This document shows positions 27,876-37,601 of a stretch of 64,000 nt of DNA, one piece after another. The stretch is from Bdellovibrionales bacterium. GTDB taxonomy: Bacteria > Bdellovibrionota > Bdellovibrionia > Bdellovibrionales > UBA1609. Location: assembly GCA_965203095.1 (NCBI GenBank), contig OZ241877.1, positions 96,001-160,000 of the forward strand, read 5' to 3'. The notes under the pieces are model-generated. The model was not told where the DNA came from. It saw only the letters and a program-made list of their open reading frames with translations, and did not search any database. Positions within the stretch are counted from its first letter, which is position 1. The number at the start of each line of letters is the position of its first letter. The translations under genes were made by a program, and so were the position numbers.

Positions 27876-29592
27876 CCATTTGAGTTAAAAGCTCTTCCAT
27901 CTGATTCAGATTTAAAACCTGTCCGGCCCTTATGGCGGAATGGCAGGCCAAAGTGGCACAAAGATCAGAGACGGATTTCTCAAAAGCAAAGCAGTCCCCT
28001 GTTTGAATCCTCTCCTTAGCTAAAAACAACAGGCCCTCCTGCAAGGCCTTTTCCTTTAAAATGGCCGGAGAGGAACTGACAGATAAGGAGTTGGGGCCTA
28101 AAGACTCCAAATGAACACCTAACTTTTCCAATTCCTTGCTCAAATCCAAAAGAGCAGAGGCTTGCCCCTCTTCCAAATCTAAGGGGAAGGGGATCAGATG
28201 GCTTTGAACTTCCACCCCACCACTTTTCCAATGAGAAAAAAGCCTCTCGTAAAGCGACCTTTCGTGAGCGGCATGCTGATCAATAAAAATCAGAGCATTA
28301 TCCGACTGGCAAATAATATAAGTGAGATGAGCCTGAGATAGGATTTGAAGTGAGGCCCAAGAAGACTCCATTGCCCTGTTTTGGCTTTCTCCAATTCCTG
28401 TTTCAGCTGAAGAGGAGGAAAACTCATTTTTTGCTGAAAGAGGAGATAAAGTGGATAAAATCTCTTTAGAATATTCTCTCCGATTTAAGGGGAATTGAGT
28501 TTTTTCAAAATTAAAACCCTTTAATGGCAAGCTCTTGTCTTTAGAAGGGATAGGCTCTGTGATTTTTTTTACCCAAGGGGCTTGCTCTAACTTCTGCCTT
28601 ATAGACGATTCCACAAGTTTAAAAACAACAGAAGAATCTTTAAAACGGATTTCAGACTTAGCGGGGTGGACATTCACATCCACCTCATCCTTAGGACCTT
28701 GCAAACTGATAATGGCCATTGGGTATTCCCCATGCATTAAAAGCCCCCGGTAGGCCGACATTAAACCCGCTTGCAACACTCGCGACTCCACCCATCGGCC
28801 TTGAACAAAAAACCAAACAGCTCTTTTATTTTTGAGCGTGTTATTGGGAGCACCCACAACAGCTTTTAACTTGTAAGCCCCCCTTTGTCCTTCTATAAAA
28901 TACAGGTCTTTTAGGCTAAGAACCTGGCTCACCCTGTCTTTTAAGTTTTTTTGAGGAGGCCAATAAAAAACCAGCTGGCCTTTTTGCAAAATTCGAAAAC
29001 AAATTTCCGGTCGCGAAAGGGCCATAGCCTTTAACATGTTTTTAATTCTTGAGTGTTCCACTCCCTCACTTTTCAAAAACTTAAACCTGGCGGGCACATT
29101 TTCAAATAAGGAACGAACGATCACAGTAGTTCCATTAGCAGAGCCGGAAGATATATCTTCTGTCTCTTTTCCAAAAACTTGGCGAAGGCGAGAGGAAGGT
29201 TGGCCCGGAGCACCGGAGATTAAAGTCAAATCACTCACAGAGGCTATGCTGGCTAAGGCTTCACCCCGGAAACCGTAAGTCTTTAACCGAGACAGATCTC
29301 CTAAATGAGAAATTTTACTTGTTGTGTGGCGAGCTAAAGCCAAAGGCATATCTTCTTTTAAAATCCCAGAACCATTATCCCTCACTTTAACAAAACGTCC
29401 CCCTTGGCCAAAATCTATTTCAATTTCACTGGCTGAGGCATCTAAAGCATTTTCCACCAACTCTTTGATGAGATGGGCGGGCCTTTCCACCACCTCCCCA
29501 GCGGAGATTTGGTTAATGGTCTCTTCTGATAAAACTTTAATTTGTCCCATAATTTTATTAAAAACCCACCTGCAAAGCACAAAGAGGCCCAT
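27778..29592 (-). CDS. mutL: DNA mismatch repair protein MutL (likely start at MGQIKVL, 29550)
   Basis: ISAGEVVERP, KELVENALDA, GFRGEALASI, DQHAAHER, CPHGRP. Confidence 0.97.
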   Translation of the reverse strand: MGLFVLCRWVFNKIMGQIKVLSEETINQISAGEVVERPAHLIKELVENALDASASEIEIDFGQGGRFVKVRDNGSGILKEDMPLALARHTTSKISHLGDLSRLKTYGFRGEALASIASVSDLTLISGAPGQPSSRLRQVFGKETEDISSGSANGTTVIVRSLFENVPARFKFLKSEGVEHSRIKNMLKAMALSRPEICFRILQKGQLVFYWPPQKNLKDRVSQVLSLKDLYFIEGQRGAYKLKAVVGAPNNTLKNKRAVWFFVQGRWVESRVLQAGLMSAYRGLLMHGEYPMAIISLQGPKDEVDVNVHPAKSEIRFKDSSVVFKLVESSIRQKLEQAPWVKKITEPIPSKDKSLPLKGFNFEKTQFPLNRREYSKEILSTLSPLSAKNEFSSSSAETGIGESQNRAMESSWASLQILSQAHLTYIICQSDNALIFIDQHAAHERSLYERLFSHWKSGGVEVQSHLIPFPLDLEEGQASALLDLSKELEKLGVHLESLGPNSLSVSSSPAILKEKALQEGLLFLAKERIQTGDCFAFEKSVSDLCATLACHSAIRAGQVLNLNQMEELLTQMDDFPLSSFCPHGRPVFVQYSLSRLERDFGRIT

Positions 29593-30730
29593 AAAGAAAA
29601 GATCCCTTCCTCAAGCCATATTGAGCCTTAAAACCCAGCCTAAACAAAAATTTATTATAAATGGGGATAACTAAAGAGAGGGCCATGGGGAAGCCATAGT
29701 CCACCTGATCATTTCCCCTTCCCATATTCAGATCTGTATAAACACCTCCCATTGCTAAAAAATGATAATATGAGGATCGAAGTAATGGATAGGCAAACAA
29801 AACATCAAAATAAAAATGCTGAAGGTTTATTGACCCCGATAAATTCAAATCCATATTTAAATAGGAGATCAATGTGTTATAGCCACTGAGTTTTAAACCC
29901 AAATGAATTTTTCTCTGATCCAAAAAATAAAAAGAAGGAGTAAAAAAACTCACAGAAGGGCCAATGTATCTTCTGGTATGGCTACTTTTCCCCTCTTTTA
30001 AGTCTTGAGGCTTTTTTTCTTTCTGCTGATGACGTTGAAGTTTATCCATTAGCTCTATATCTAAGCCACCTTGGGCCATCTGTTTTTTAGCCAGTTTGTA
30101 AGCTGAATGTGGCTTGTATCTTGGACCTTTTTTAATAAATTCAGGAATCACCTCAGCTGTAGAGATATAACCCACAATCTTTTTCTTACGAAAAATCAAA
30201 ATTTTATAAAAAGAACCAAAGTTATGATCTGGGCGAAAAACTTTTTTAGATATGAGAACATGCCGACCCACAAGTAAGGGAAACAGTTTTTTAGAGTCGA
30301 AATCCGGTGCTTCATAAACAAAACTGTTTAAGGCCGATACATAAGCTTTTTGCAGGTGCGGTTTGTATTTTTTAGGAACAAGATATTTTTTACCAGCAGA
30401 TTTTTTTTGAGAGGAAGGGATAGGGCTAACTTTGGCTTTTTGCACAGAAGCTGTTTTTTTACTGGCCAGCCTTCTATCAGAGATTCTTTTTTTAAGGGAT
30501 TTATGTTTTATTTTTTTTATTTGGGATACAAACACCCTTTTTTTCCTCTTAGGGGATCGAGTGTAGCTTATCAAAAAGCTCTCCTGGCCTCTTCTCAACT
30601 TTAAAGAAAATTTATTTTTTGTTTTAATAATAGAGGATATTTTTTGATAAAGCTTTTTGTGAGAGTGAACGGGCTGGCCATTAACTGACAAAACTGTATC
30701 CCCTTCTTTGAGCTTTATTTTCCCTAACAA
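29558..30730 (-). CDS. exported protein with N-terminal PDZ-like domain and C-terminal beta-barrel-like region; frame stays open upstream to 30910
   Basis: GLKISRIPSGSLLGKIKLKEGDTVLSVNGQPV is PDZ-like; amphipathic beta strands ending in Phe. Confidence 0.6.
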   Translation of the reverse strand: MLGKIKLKEGDTVLSVNGQPVHSHKKLYQKISSIIKTKNKFSLKLRRGQESFLISYTRSPKRKKRVFVSQIKKIKHKSLKKRISDRRLASKKTASVQKAKVSPIPSSQKKSAGKKYLVPKKYKPHLQKAYVSALNSFVYEAPDFDSKKLFPLLVGRHVLISKKVFRPDHNFGSFYKILIFRKKKIVGYISTAEVIPEFIKKGPRYKPHSAYKLAKKQMAQGGLDIELMDKLQRHQQKEKKPQDLKEGKSSHTRRYIGPSVSFFTPSFYFLDQRKIHLGLKLSGYNTLISYLNMDLNLSGSINLQHFYFDVLFAYPLLRSSYYHFLAMGGVYTDLNMGRGNDQVDYGFPMALSLVIPIYNKFLFRLGFKAQYGLRKGSFLYGPLCALQVGF

Positions 30731-30870
30731 ACTGCCTGAAGGGATGCGGGAAATTTTTAAACCTCTTGAACTTTTTGAAAGGTTTTTTGAGACAGAAGAT
30801 CTTGTGCGGGGCTGGCTAAAGCTATAAAAACCCCCTACTGACCAGAGGATTAAAAAGAAAATAAAAAAAA

Positions 30871-31431
30871 TTAAAGCCCTGTGCTTCCGAATCCTCCACC
30901 TCCTCTCCCGCTATAGCTTAATTTTTGTCCCTCTATAAATTCTGCCTTAAAAACAGGGCAAAGTGCAAGTTGAGCCACCCGGTCCTGGTCCTTAATTGTA
31001 ATGTTTTTTTTACCTGCATTTAAAACTAAGGTTTTCACCTCCCCACGATAGTCAGAATCAATAGTTCCGGGGCTATTGAGCACAGTGAGACCCTGTTTTA
31101 AAGCCCAGCCACTGCGAGGGCGGGCTTGAAACTCAAATCCTGGAGGAATTTCAAACGACAATCCCGATGGGATTAAAGTTCTTTCCCCGGGCTGTAAAAT
31201 AATGTCCTCTTTCAAACAGGCTCTGAGATCAAAAGCACTGGCCCCTTCACTTTTATATTCGGGAAGTTCCCCTTTAAAATGTTTTAGTTTTTTAACCCTG
31301 ACCAGCAAGCGAGGGATTTTTGCCCTAAAATCTGCTGAAAAATCCTTTTTTTGCCCCTGTCCTCTTTTTTTGGAGAACTTAGGGCTTATCCCTTTTTTAT
31401 TATTGGACTTTTGTTTCCTTGGACGATCCAT
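30871..31431 (-). CDS. dut: dUTP diphosphatase with basic N-terminal extension
   Basis: AFDL, RPRSG, NSPGTIDSDYRGE, R.AQL, RG.GGFGSTG; ATG at 31431 preceded by AGGGAG. The longer ORF-track start lies in repeat DNA. Confidence 0.94.
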   Translation of the reverse strand: MDRPRKQKSNNKKGISPKFSKKRGQGQKKDFSADFRAKIPRLLVRVKKLKHFKGELPEYKSEGASAFDLRACLKEDIILQPGERTLIPSGLSFEIPPGFEFQARPRSGWALKQGLTVLNSPGTIDSDYRGEVKTLVLNAGKKNITIKDQDRVAQLALCPVFKAEFIEGQKLSYSGRGGGGFGSTGL

Positions 31432-31524
31432 AAGCTCCCTCTTTAGTTTATAAAGGAAACAGCAAAATCCGGCTTTTGACAAGTGTTTTTTAAATGCCTT
31501 AAGCTTTAGATATTCCTCCCTGAA

Positions 31525-31926
31525 CCATCTTTGGACCTTCATACTGTAGTCTTTGGGCAAAACACAGTTGAAAAGGTTAAAAAATGATTCTGTCAGCGAA
31601 ATACTGAACATTTATAATTCCCGTGAAAACGGGAATCCATTTTGGACTTTAACCATGAAAAAATCCATATTTGATAGATCGCACAAGCAAAAAGTCCAGC
31701 TTGTTCGGGACGGAAATACCTTGGACCCTCACCGCTGGCTTTTGCTTGTGCGATAAAGAACAGATGTTTTTTTATGCAATTCTTTGATTTCTTTGCCTAA
31801 AGGCCGTCCCATTTCGGGATGGGAATACCTTGGCCCCTCATGGGACGGCCTTTAGGCAAAAGTGATTGAAAAACCTGATGTAAAAGCAGAGAATGAGAAG
31901 GTCTTACTGAGGCTTTTTCACGAGTC
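31525..31926. repeat. cluster of repeat modules: REP palindrome and two core hairpins (31678..31754 type B, 31792..31860 type A, both reverse orientation)
   Basis: TTCGGGA.GG.AATACCTTGG.CCCTC cores inside long inverted repeats; about 48-bp module shared with 19078..19125. Confidence 0.8.
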
Positions 31927-32036
31927 ATTGATTATAGTATTTAAGAAAAATTAAAACTTAAGCCTTGTTTTGTGATTTTCTGTTTAAATATGGATCTTAT
32001 ATGCCGATAATATGTATACTGATGAGTTATTTTAAT

Positions 32037-33404
32037 ATGAAAACCCTTTTCTTTTGTCTGCTTTTCTTTTTATTGAGTTGTATGCAGGGTTCTTCCCCAA
32101 CTACTCCTACTGGTCTCACAGATGCTCCTCCACCCATTGAGAGGAAGTTCCCTAAACGACCAGACCCCATAAAACAAGCAGAATGCAATAAAAAAAGCCG
32201 TAGCAATGTATGTGAGGATAAGAAGGATTGTAAAGATATTTGCGATGATGTGTTTCGCTCTCGTGCGGACAAGAAGGACTGCTACAGGCTTCCGGAAAGC
32301 ATAGTTGCTGAATTTGAAAAATTATTGGAGTTTGTAGAGGATGGGGATGTCCAGGATATAGACCCAGAGATTTTAGATTGTATGTTGGACATTGATGAGA
32401 GGGAGTTTGCCCGTTCGGTTAAAAAGATGAATCGGAGTGAGGCTAAGAGGTTTTTGGTAGCGGTTGCAGACGATGAGTCTTTAGCTGATGTGTTGGAGGG
32501 GGAAGATGATGAGTTTATGATTCTCAAGCAGGTTTTGAATAAGGGGACAGGGAGTAATGATTTGATTGTTCATTTGACTAAGGAGATTGATGATGACAAG
32601 AGTTTTTTTTGGCTATCGGCCGCTGGCAGTGAGAAGGCTTGGGAGTATTTTGATAATTATGTTGGGGATGAATGTGATAGTTCTCCGCCCGATATATGTT
32701 CTTCGGGGGATAATATTCAGGCTTATTGCAATGCCCTTGACGATGACCATATAAACAAGAGGGATTTAGAGGATTTTTTAACTGAGGCGGATCTTTTTGC
32801 TGAGGAATATGAAGAGGATGTGGATGATGCGGATTATTTGTATGAGGTGGATGATACTCCTGGCGACAATTATACAGGAGATTTCCGGGATTGGTGTGAG
32901 GATACAGTTTTATCTCCTAATCGCCCCACCCCTTGCCCTGCTGCTGGGGCAGATCTTCCAGAAAACAAAAAAATAGCAATCACCCTTGTTTCTGCAGGAG
33001 GTGGCTATCCATTGTATCTTAAGAATCATGATCCTTTTTGTGAAATGCAGGGGACCAGCCAATCTCTTTTAGATTTTACTCAAACTTACGGAAGTAGCGA
33101 TCCTTCTAATCAAGACCTTATTTTGATGTTAAGAGATGAAGGTTCTGAAGACGGAAAGATAATAATATTTGATGACGAGTTAAATTACGATTCCAGTAGA
33201 ACCTATTATCTCTACATTGGAAGTGTAAAATATAATTTAAATAATCCAAAGAAATACACTGAAAGTTGTGCTGGTGTCAGCACCACCAGAGATTTTGTCC
33301 AGTGGGACGATTTTATAGAAACAGGATCACTTTCAATTTCAGATAATAATGTTTGGCTGGCCAGTGACAAAAATGCTGATGATTGCAAATATCACAGCCC
33401 TTAA
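32037..33404 (+). CDS. acidic Cys-rich lipoprotein
   Basis: MKTLFFCLLFFLLSC lipobox, Pro/Thr linker, many Cys, very Asp/Glu-rich. Confidence 0.75.
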   Translation: MKTLFFCLLFFLLSCMQGSSPTTPTGLTDAPPPIERKFPKRPDPIKQAECNKKSRSNVCEDKKDCKDICDDVFRSRADKKDCYRLPESIVAEFEKLLEFVEDGDVQDIDPEILDCMLDIDEREFARSVKKMNRSEAKRFLVAVADDESLADVLEGEDDEFMILKQVLNKGTGSNDLIVHLTKEIDDDKSFFWLSAAGSEKAWEYFDNYVGDECDSSPPDICSSGDNIQAYCNALDDDHINKRDLEDFLTEADLFAEEYEEDVDDADYLYEVDDTPGDNYTGDFRDWCEDTVLSPNRPTPCPAAGADLPENKKIAITLVSAGGGYPLYLKNHDPFCEMQGTSQSLLDFTQTYGSSDPSNQDLILMLRDEGSEDGKIIIFDDELNYDSSRTYYLYIGSVKYNLNNPKKYTESCAGVSTTRDFVQWDDFIETGSLSISDNNVWLASDKNADDCKYHSP

Positions 33405-33553
33405 ATAGCCATAAATCTCTTTTTTTGTCCCGTGTAGGCTTTTCGCTTTTAAAAAGCATATTTTTCTCAATCGATTTTGAGTTTTCAAAAAAACCAAATA
33501 AATTTATGGACTTTTTGCCTCAGTCAGCTATAATAAAGCTTTAGGAGGATAAA

Positions 33554-34369
33554 ATGAATTCATCTGATAGGCAAAAAATAGACGAGATTTGGAGCATACT
33601 CAGAGAAACTGCTCGTCGTCAAAAAGAGCGTCAGGAAGAACTGGCCCGAGAGGATAAAAAGCGTCAGGAGGAGATGGCTCAACAAGAGAAAAAACGAAGG
33701 GAAGAGATGGCTCAACAAGAGAAACTGCGTGCTCAACAAGAGAAACTGCGTGCTCAACAAGAGAAACTGCGTGCTCAACAAGAGAAAAAGCAAAGGGAAG
33801 AGATGGCTCAACAAGAGAAAAAACAAAGGGAAGAGATGGCTCAACAAGAGAAAAAACAAAGGGAAGAGATGGCTCAACAAGAGAAAAAACGAAGGGAAGA
33901 GTTTGATCGGCACAGAAGAGAAACTGACCGGCGGATAAGGAAGTTAGATGAGCTTTTCACTTCTCAATGGGGTCGCCTTATGGAAAGCCTTGTGGAAGGG
34001 GATTTGATTAAGGTTTTAGGAGAAAGAGGCGTTAAGATAGAAAATACCTATACCAATCTCAAAAAAGAATATGGGGAAGACCGATACGAATATGACATTA
34101 TCGCGGCCAATGGGGAGGAAGTGGTGGTGATTGAGGTTAAAACCACTTTGAGGGTCAAATATGTCAAGGCTTTTTTAGAGGATGTGCGAAAATTCACTAC
34201 TCGGCGAAAGGTTTATAAGGGCCTTACAATTTATGGTGCGGTGGCTTTTTTGAGGACAGAGGAAGAGGCCAGCCGGTATGCTGAGTCTCAAGGTCTATTT
34301 GTGATAAGGGCGACGGGGTCCAGTGCCAGCATAATCAACAAAGCCACTTTTAAACCCAAACTTTTTTAA
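33554..34369 (+). CDS. coiled-coil repeat protein with C-terminal PD-(D/E)xK nuclease-like domain (DUF3782-like architecture)
   Basis: AGGAGG SD; tandem REEMAQQEKK/RAQQEKL repeats; WG.LME, E.D......VVVIEVK motif. Confidence 0.75.
   Translation: MNSSDRQKIDEIWSILRETARRQKERQEELAREDKKRQEEMAQQEKKRREEMAQQEKLRAQQEKLRAQQEKLRAQQEKKQREEMAQQEKKQREEMAQQEKKQREEMAQQEKKRREEFDRHRRETDRRIRKLDELFTSQWGRLMESLVEGDLIKVLGERGVKIENTYTNLKKEYGEDRYEYDIIAANGEEVVVIEVKTTLRVKYVKAFLEDVRKFTTRRKVYKGLTIYGAVAFLRTEEEASRYAESQGLFVIRATGSSASIINKATFKPKLF
33668..33900. repeat. intragenic VNTR of 33-bp and 21-bp units
   Basis: gctcaacaagagaaactgcgt x3 (33710..33772) embedded among gaagagatggctcaacaagagaaaaa.c.aagg units. Confidence 0.9.
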
Positions 34370-34468
34370 TCTAAAAGCTTGTTTATAAACCATCTTTGAA
34401 AGAGAATATTAAAAAGCCTGTGGAAAAGCAGGAAAAAAACCTTTAAAAACTCCAAAGCAATTTTTATA

Positions 34469-36187
34469 ATGAAAATTCAAATTATGAGCAGGACAAAGAC
34501 AAGTTTTTATTCTTTTTTAAAATTTTACAAAATGCCTCTCCTTTCTGGAGCTCTTTTTGGCTTTAGCTTTATCCCTTTTCCTTTTTTTACTCTATTTGTT
34601 GCTTTGGTTCCGCTATGGCTCTTTATGTATCGGCAAACTTGTTGGAAAAAAATTGTCATAGCCTGTTTTTTATGCCAGATCCTCAGCACTTTTATAGGCT
34701 TTAACTGGATGATTTACACATTCCATAGTTTTGGAGGCATAAATTGGTTTTTAAGCACTATCTTTTTTATCCTCTATTGCTCTGTGAGCAATGTGTTCAT
34801 GATTCTGTCCGGGGCTTTGTGGTTCATTTTGAGCCAAAAATCCAGGCAAAATCTTTCAGCACCTGTAAAGCTTATTTTGCTCCCTTTGATTTTTGCCCTC
34901 TTGCATTCCCTCATCCCCGCTGTTCTCCCTTGGAATATGGGCTATCCATGGCTTTGGGCGGGTCTCCCCGGTGCTCACACTGCGGAGCTTTGGGGTTTTC
35001 GTTTTTTAGGCACTTTATTTTATATCTTCAATCTTTTGTTTTTGATTGCTTATAAGCACTCCCCTTTTTTAAAAATCAAAAAGCCATTCAGAGGCAAAAA
35101 GATCTCACTCCCCTACCCCGACCCTATAGCAAAAAAAGCCTTGTTAGGGATTTTCCTCTTGTTTGCTTTTTTAAACGGATGGGGTTTTTATTTAAAGAAA
35201 AATTTGCCAAAACCAGATCAATCTTTAAATGTTTTGCTGATTCAACCCAATATTGGCTCCATTCCCCTCATAGATCCCAGGCCCTTTAACAGCCCTAAGA
35301 TAAAAGCTTTTCATATTTTAAAAAATCTCACTTACAATGCTCTAAAACAAACAAGGAAGCGATTGCAGAGGGAGGATATTGATTTGGTTATATGGCCCGA
35401 AGGGGCTTATGGCTGGGCTATTGATAAAAACTCAAAAACAGAAAAAAATCTCTCCAAGCTGGCCCAAACCATTAAAATCCCTTTGATCACAGGGGCTATC
35501 ACCAAAGATTATAGACAATACAGCAACTCTCTTGTGCTTTTAGACCGCAAAGGCATTATACTGCCTATTTACGACAAAACAAAACTTTTAGTTTTTGGGG
35601 AGTATTTTCCCCTGATCAATCAATTCCCTTTTTTGAGAAAGCTCTTTCCCTACTTTGGCACCAACCTTAGCCCTGGAAAAAGCCCTCAAGTTCAAGAGAT
35701 AGAATCTGTCCGCTTAGGCTATCAGATCTGCTATGAGTCTCTTTTTGACAGTATCAGTAGGGAATTGGCACAAAAAAAAGCTCAAGTCCTAATCAATATT
35801 ACAAATGACTCCTGGTATGGCCCTTGGCAAGAACCTTACCAACATCTTGTTATGAATTTTGGTAGAGCTATTGAAGTCCGCCGGCCCCTTATTCGTGCCA
35901 CAAATACAGGATATTCCGGGGTCATTCTGGCAGACGGGACAGTGCAAACAAATCAATTGGCCCTTAAGGCTAAGTCCCCCACAACTCAAAAAGTTCAAAA
36001 ACTTTTGCCCATAAACAAGGCTCTTTTTGGCTTGTATCAAGTTCCTTATTACAAAAAACCAAAAAAAACTCTGTTTATGTCCTGGGGTTTTTATTGTAAT
36101 GAGATTTTTTTACTCTTTCTCGCTTTACTTGCTGGGGGGATTCATTTCCTCAAAGTAAAAAGGAAAGGCACAAGCTCTAAGCAATAA
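34469..36187 (+). CDS. lnt: apolipoprotein N-acyltransferase
   Basis: Multi-TM; QPNI, WPE, YDK.KL..FGEY.P, ICYE, TNDSW, RATNTG. Confidence 0.93.
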   Translation: MKIQIMSRTKTSFYSFLKFYKMPLLSGALFGFSFIPFPFFTLFVALVPLWLFMYRQTCWKKIVIACFLCQILSTFIGFNWMIYTFHSFGGINWFLSTIFFILYCSVSNVFMILSGALWFILSQKSRQNLSAPVKLILLPLIFALLHSLIPAVLPWNMGYPWLWAGLPGAHTAELWGFRFLGTLFYIFNLLFLIAYKHSPFLKIKKPFRGKKISLPYPDPIAKKALLGIFLLFAFLNGWGFYLKKNLPKPDQSLNVLLIQPNIGSIPLIDPRPFNSPKIKAFHILKNLTYNALKQTRKRLQREDIDLVIWPEGAYGWAIDKNSKTEKNLSKLAQTIKIPLITGAITKDYRQYSNSLVLLDRKGIILPIYDKTKLLVFGEYFPLINQFPFLRKLFPYFGTNLSPGKSPQVQEIESVRLGYQICYESLFDSISRELAQKKAQVLINITNDSWYGPWQEPYQHLVMNFGRAIEVRRPLIRATNTGYSGVILADGTVQTNQLALKAKSPTTQKVQKLLPINKALFGLYQVPYYKKPKKTLFMSWGFYCNEIFLLFLALLAGGIHFLKVKRKGTSSKQ

Positions 36188-36205
36188 AAATAAAAAATAG
36201 GTTTT

Positions 36206-37582
36206 TTGATTATGCGATCGATTAAAGACAGGCTTTTCCACAGAGGATTATTTATTTATAAAATTTTTATCTCCTTAAAGCTCGCGGTTTTCTCTATTCT
36301 CACTCTGGCCATTTTAACAGGTATCGGCACTTTTATAGAGTCAAAATACAATCAGGAAATAGCCAACAAACTGATCTATCACTCCCTTTGGATGAAAATG
36401 GCTTTTTTGCTTTTAGCCATCAATTTAACAATGGTTTTAATTGATCGCTATCCTTGGAAAAAACATCAAGTGGGATTTGTTCTGGCCCATATTGGGATTT
36501 TAACTTTAATGCTGGGTTTTGTGTTCACTCAATATTTGGGTTTGGACGGAACTCTTCGTTTAAAAGAGGGGGAAAAAAGCTCTTTGGCCAGCATTTCAGG
36601 GATGGAGATCCAGATCCATTCCTCTTATGATGGAGAAAACTGGAGTTTAATTTATGAAAAACCGGTGGATATGCTCTCTTTTCGTCCCTCTGAGAAAAAA
36701 CCTTATCTCATTCAAACTGCTGGAGAAGCATTTATCATCGATCAACACATTCCCTTTGCCTTAGGCCGAGAGATTTTTAAAAACAGTGAAAAAGGGGGGG
36801 AGCCTGCCATTCGCTTTCATCTGTCTGGCCAAACAGCTCAGCTTGTGGAGTGGATGAAGTTAGATATGGGAGAAACAAGCCTTGACCGATCTTTTGGCCC
36901 TGCACTCATCCGCCTCACGAAAAATAAAAACAAAAAAACAGGCAGTAAAGCTCTCATTTTATTTGTGGAAGAGGATAAAATATTTTACTCCCTCCCACGA
37001 ACAAGGAAAAAAGCATTGCGAAAAGGGCAGTCCTTTCCCACAGGATGGATGGATCTTCAGTTTCGCTTGTTGGAGTTTTTTCCTAAAGCACAGAGGGAGT
37101 TTGTGTTTTCAGCAAAGGATCGGCCCTCTTCTAAAACATTAAAAGCCATTCGTATCTCTCACCAGGGGAAAGTGGTTTGGATAGGCCAAAACTCTTATGT
37201 TCGTTTTTTTAAAGAGGATCGAGTTTATGCTGTGGCTTATCGCAACCAAACACATAATTTAACTTTTGATATTGAGCTTGTGGATTTTAAAATGACAACA
37301 TACCCCGCCAGCAGAAAAGCCAAAAGCTATGAAAGCCAAGTTTTAGTGGAAGGTCAAAAGGCTCTTATCTCCATGAACAAACCCTTAAAGCATAAAGGTT
37401 GGACTTTTTATCAATCCAGCTTTGAGTCCTCTCCTGATGGGGCTGAACCTAATATTTCCATTTTATCTGTTAATCGAGATCCGGGAAGAGCTTTAAAATA
37501 CACCGGCTCATTTTTAATTGTTATGGGTTCAAGCCTTCTGTTTTATCGTCGCCGGAAAAAAATGGGGACCACAGCTATTTAA
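36206..37582 (+). CDS. cytochrome c biogenesis ResB/Ccs1-like protein
   Basis: SLKLAV, GTFIES, GFVLAHIG, MNKPL...GWTFYQSS, VNRDPG. Confidence 0.85.
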   Translation: MIMRSIKDRLFHRGLFIYKIFISLKLAVFSILTLAILTGIGTFIESKYNQEIANKLIYHSLWMKMAFLLLAINLTMVLIDRYPWKKHQVGFVLAHIGILTLMLGFVFTQYLGLDGTLRLKEGEKSSLASISGMEIQIHSSYDGENWSLIYEKPVDMLSFRPSEKKPYLIQTAGEAFIIDQHIPFALGREIFKNSEKGGEPAIRFHLSGQTAQLVEWMKLDMGETSLDRSFGPALIRLTKNKNKKTGSKALILFVEEDKIFYSLPRTRKKALRKGQSFPTGWMDLQFRLLEFFPKAQREFVFSAKDRPSSKTLKAIRISHQGKVVWIGQNSYVRFFKEDRVYAVAYRNQTHNLTFDIELVDFKMTTYPASRKAKSYESQVLVEGQKALISMNKPLKHKGWTFYQSSFESSPDGAEPNISILSVNRDPGRALKYTGSFLIVMGSSLLFYRRRKKMGTTAI

Positions 37583-37601
37583 AAATTACTTCCATGGGCA
37601 A

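Noticed and set aside
31432..31611. Long N-terminal extension of dut in the ORF track
   Set aside because: It runs into repeat DNA; an SD-preceded ATG at 31431 is the better start.
33560..33938. Repetitive ORFs 33560..33913 (-) and 33729..33938 (+)
   Set aside because: Shadow frames of the VNTR within the 33554..34369 gene.
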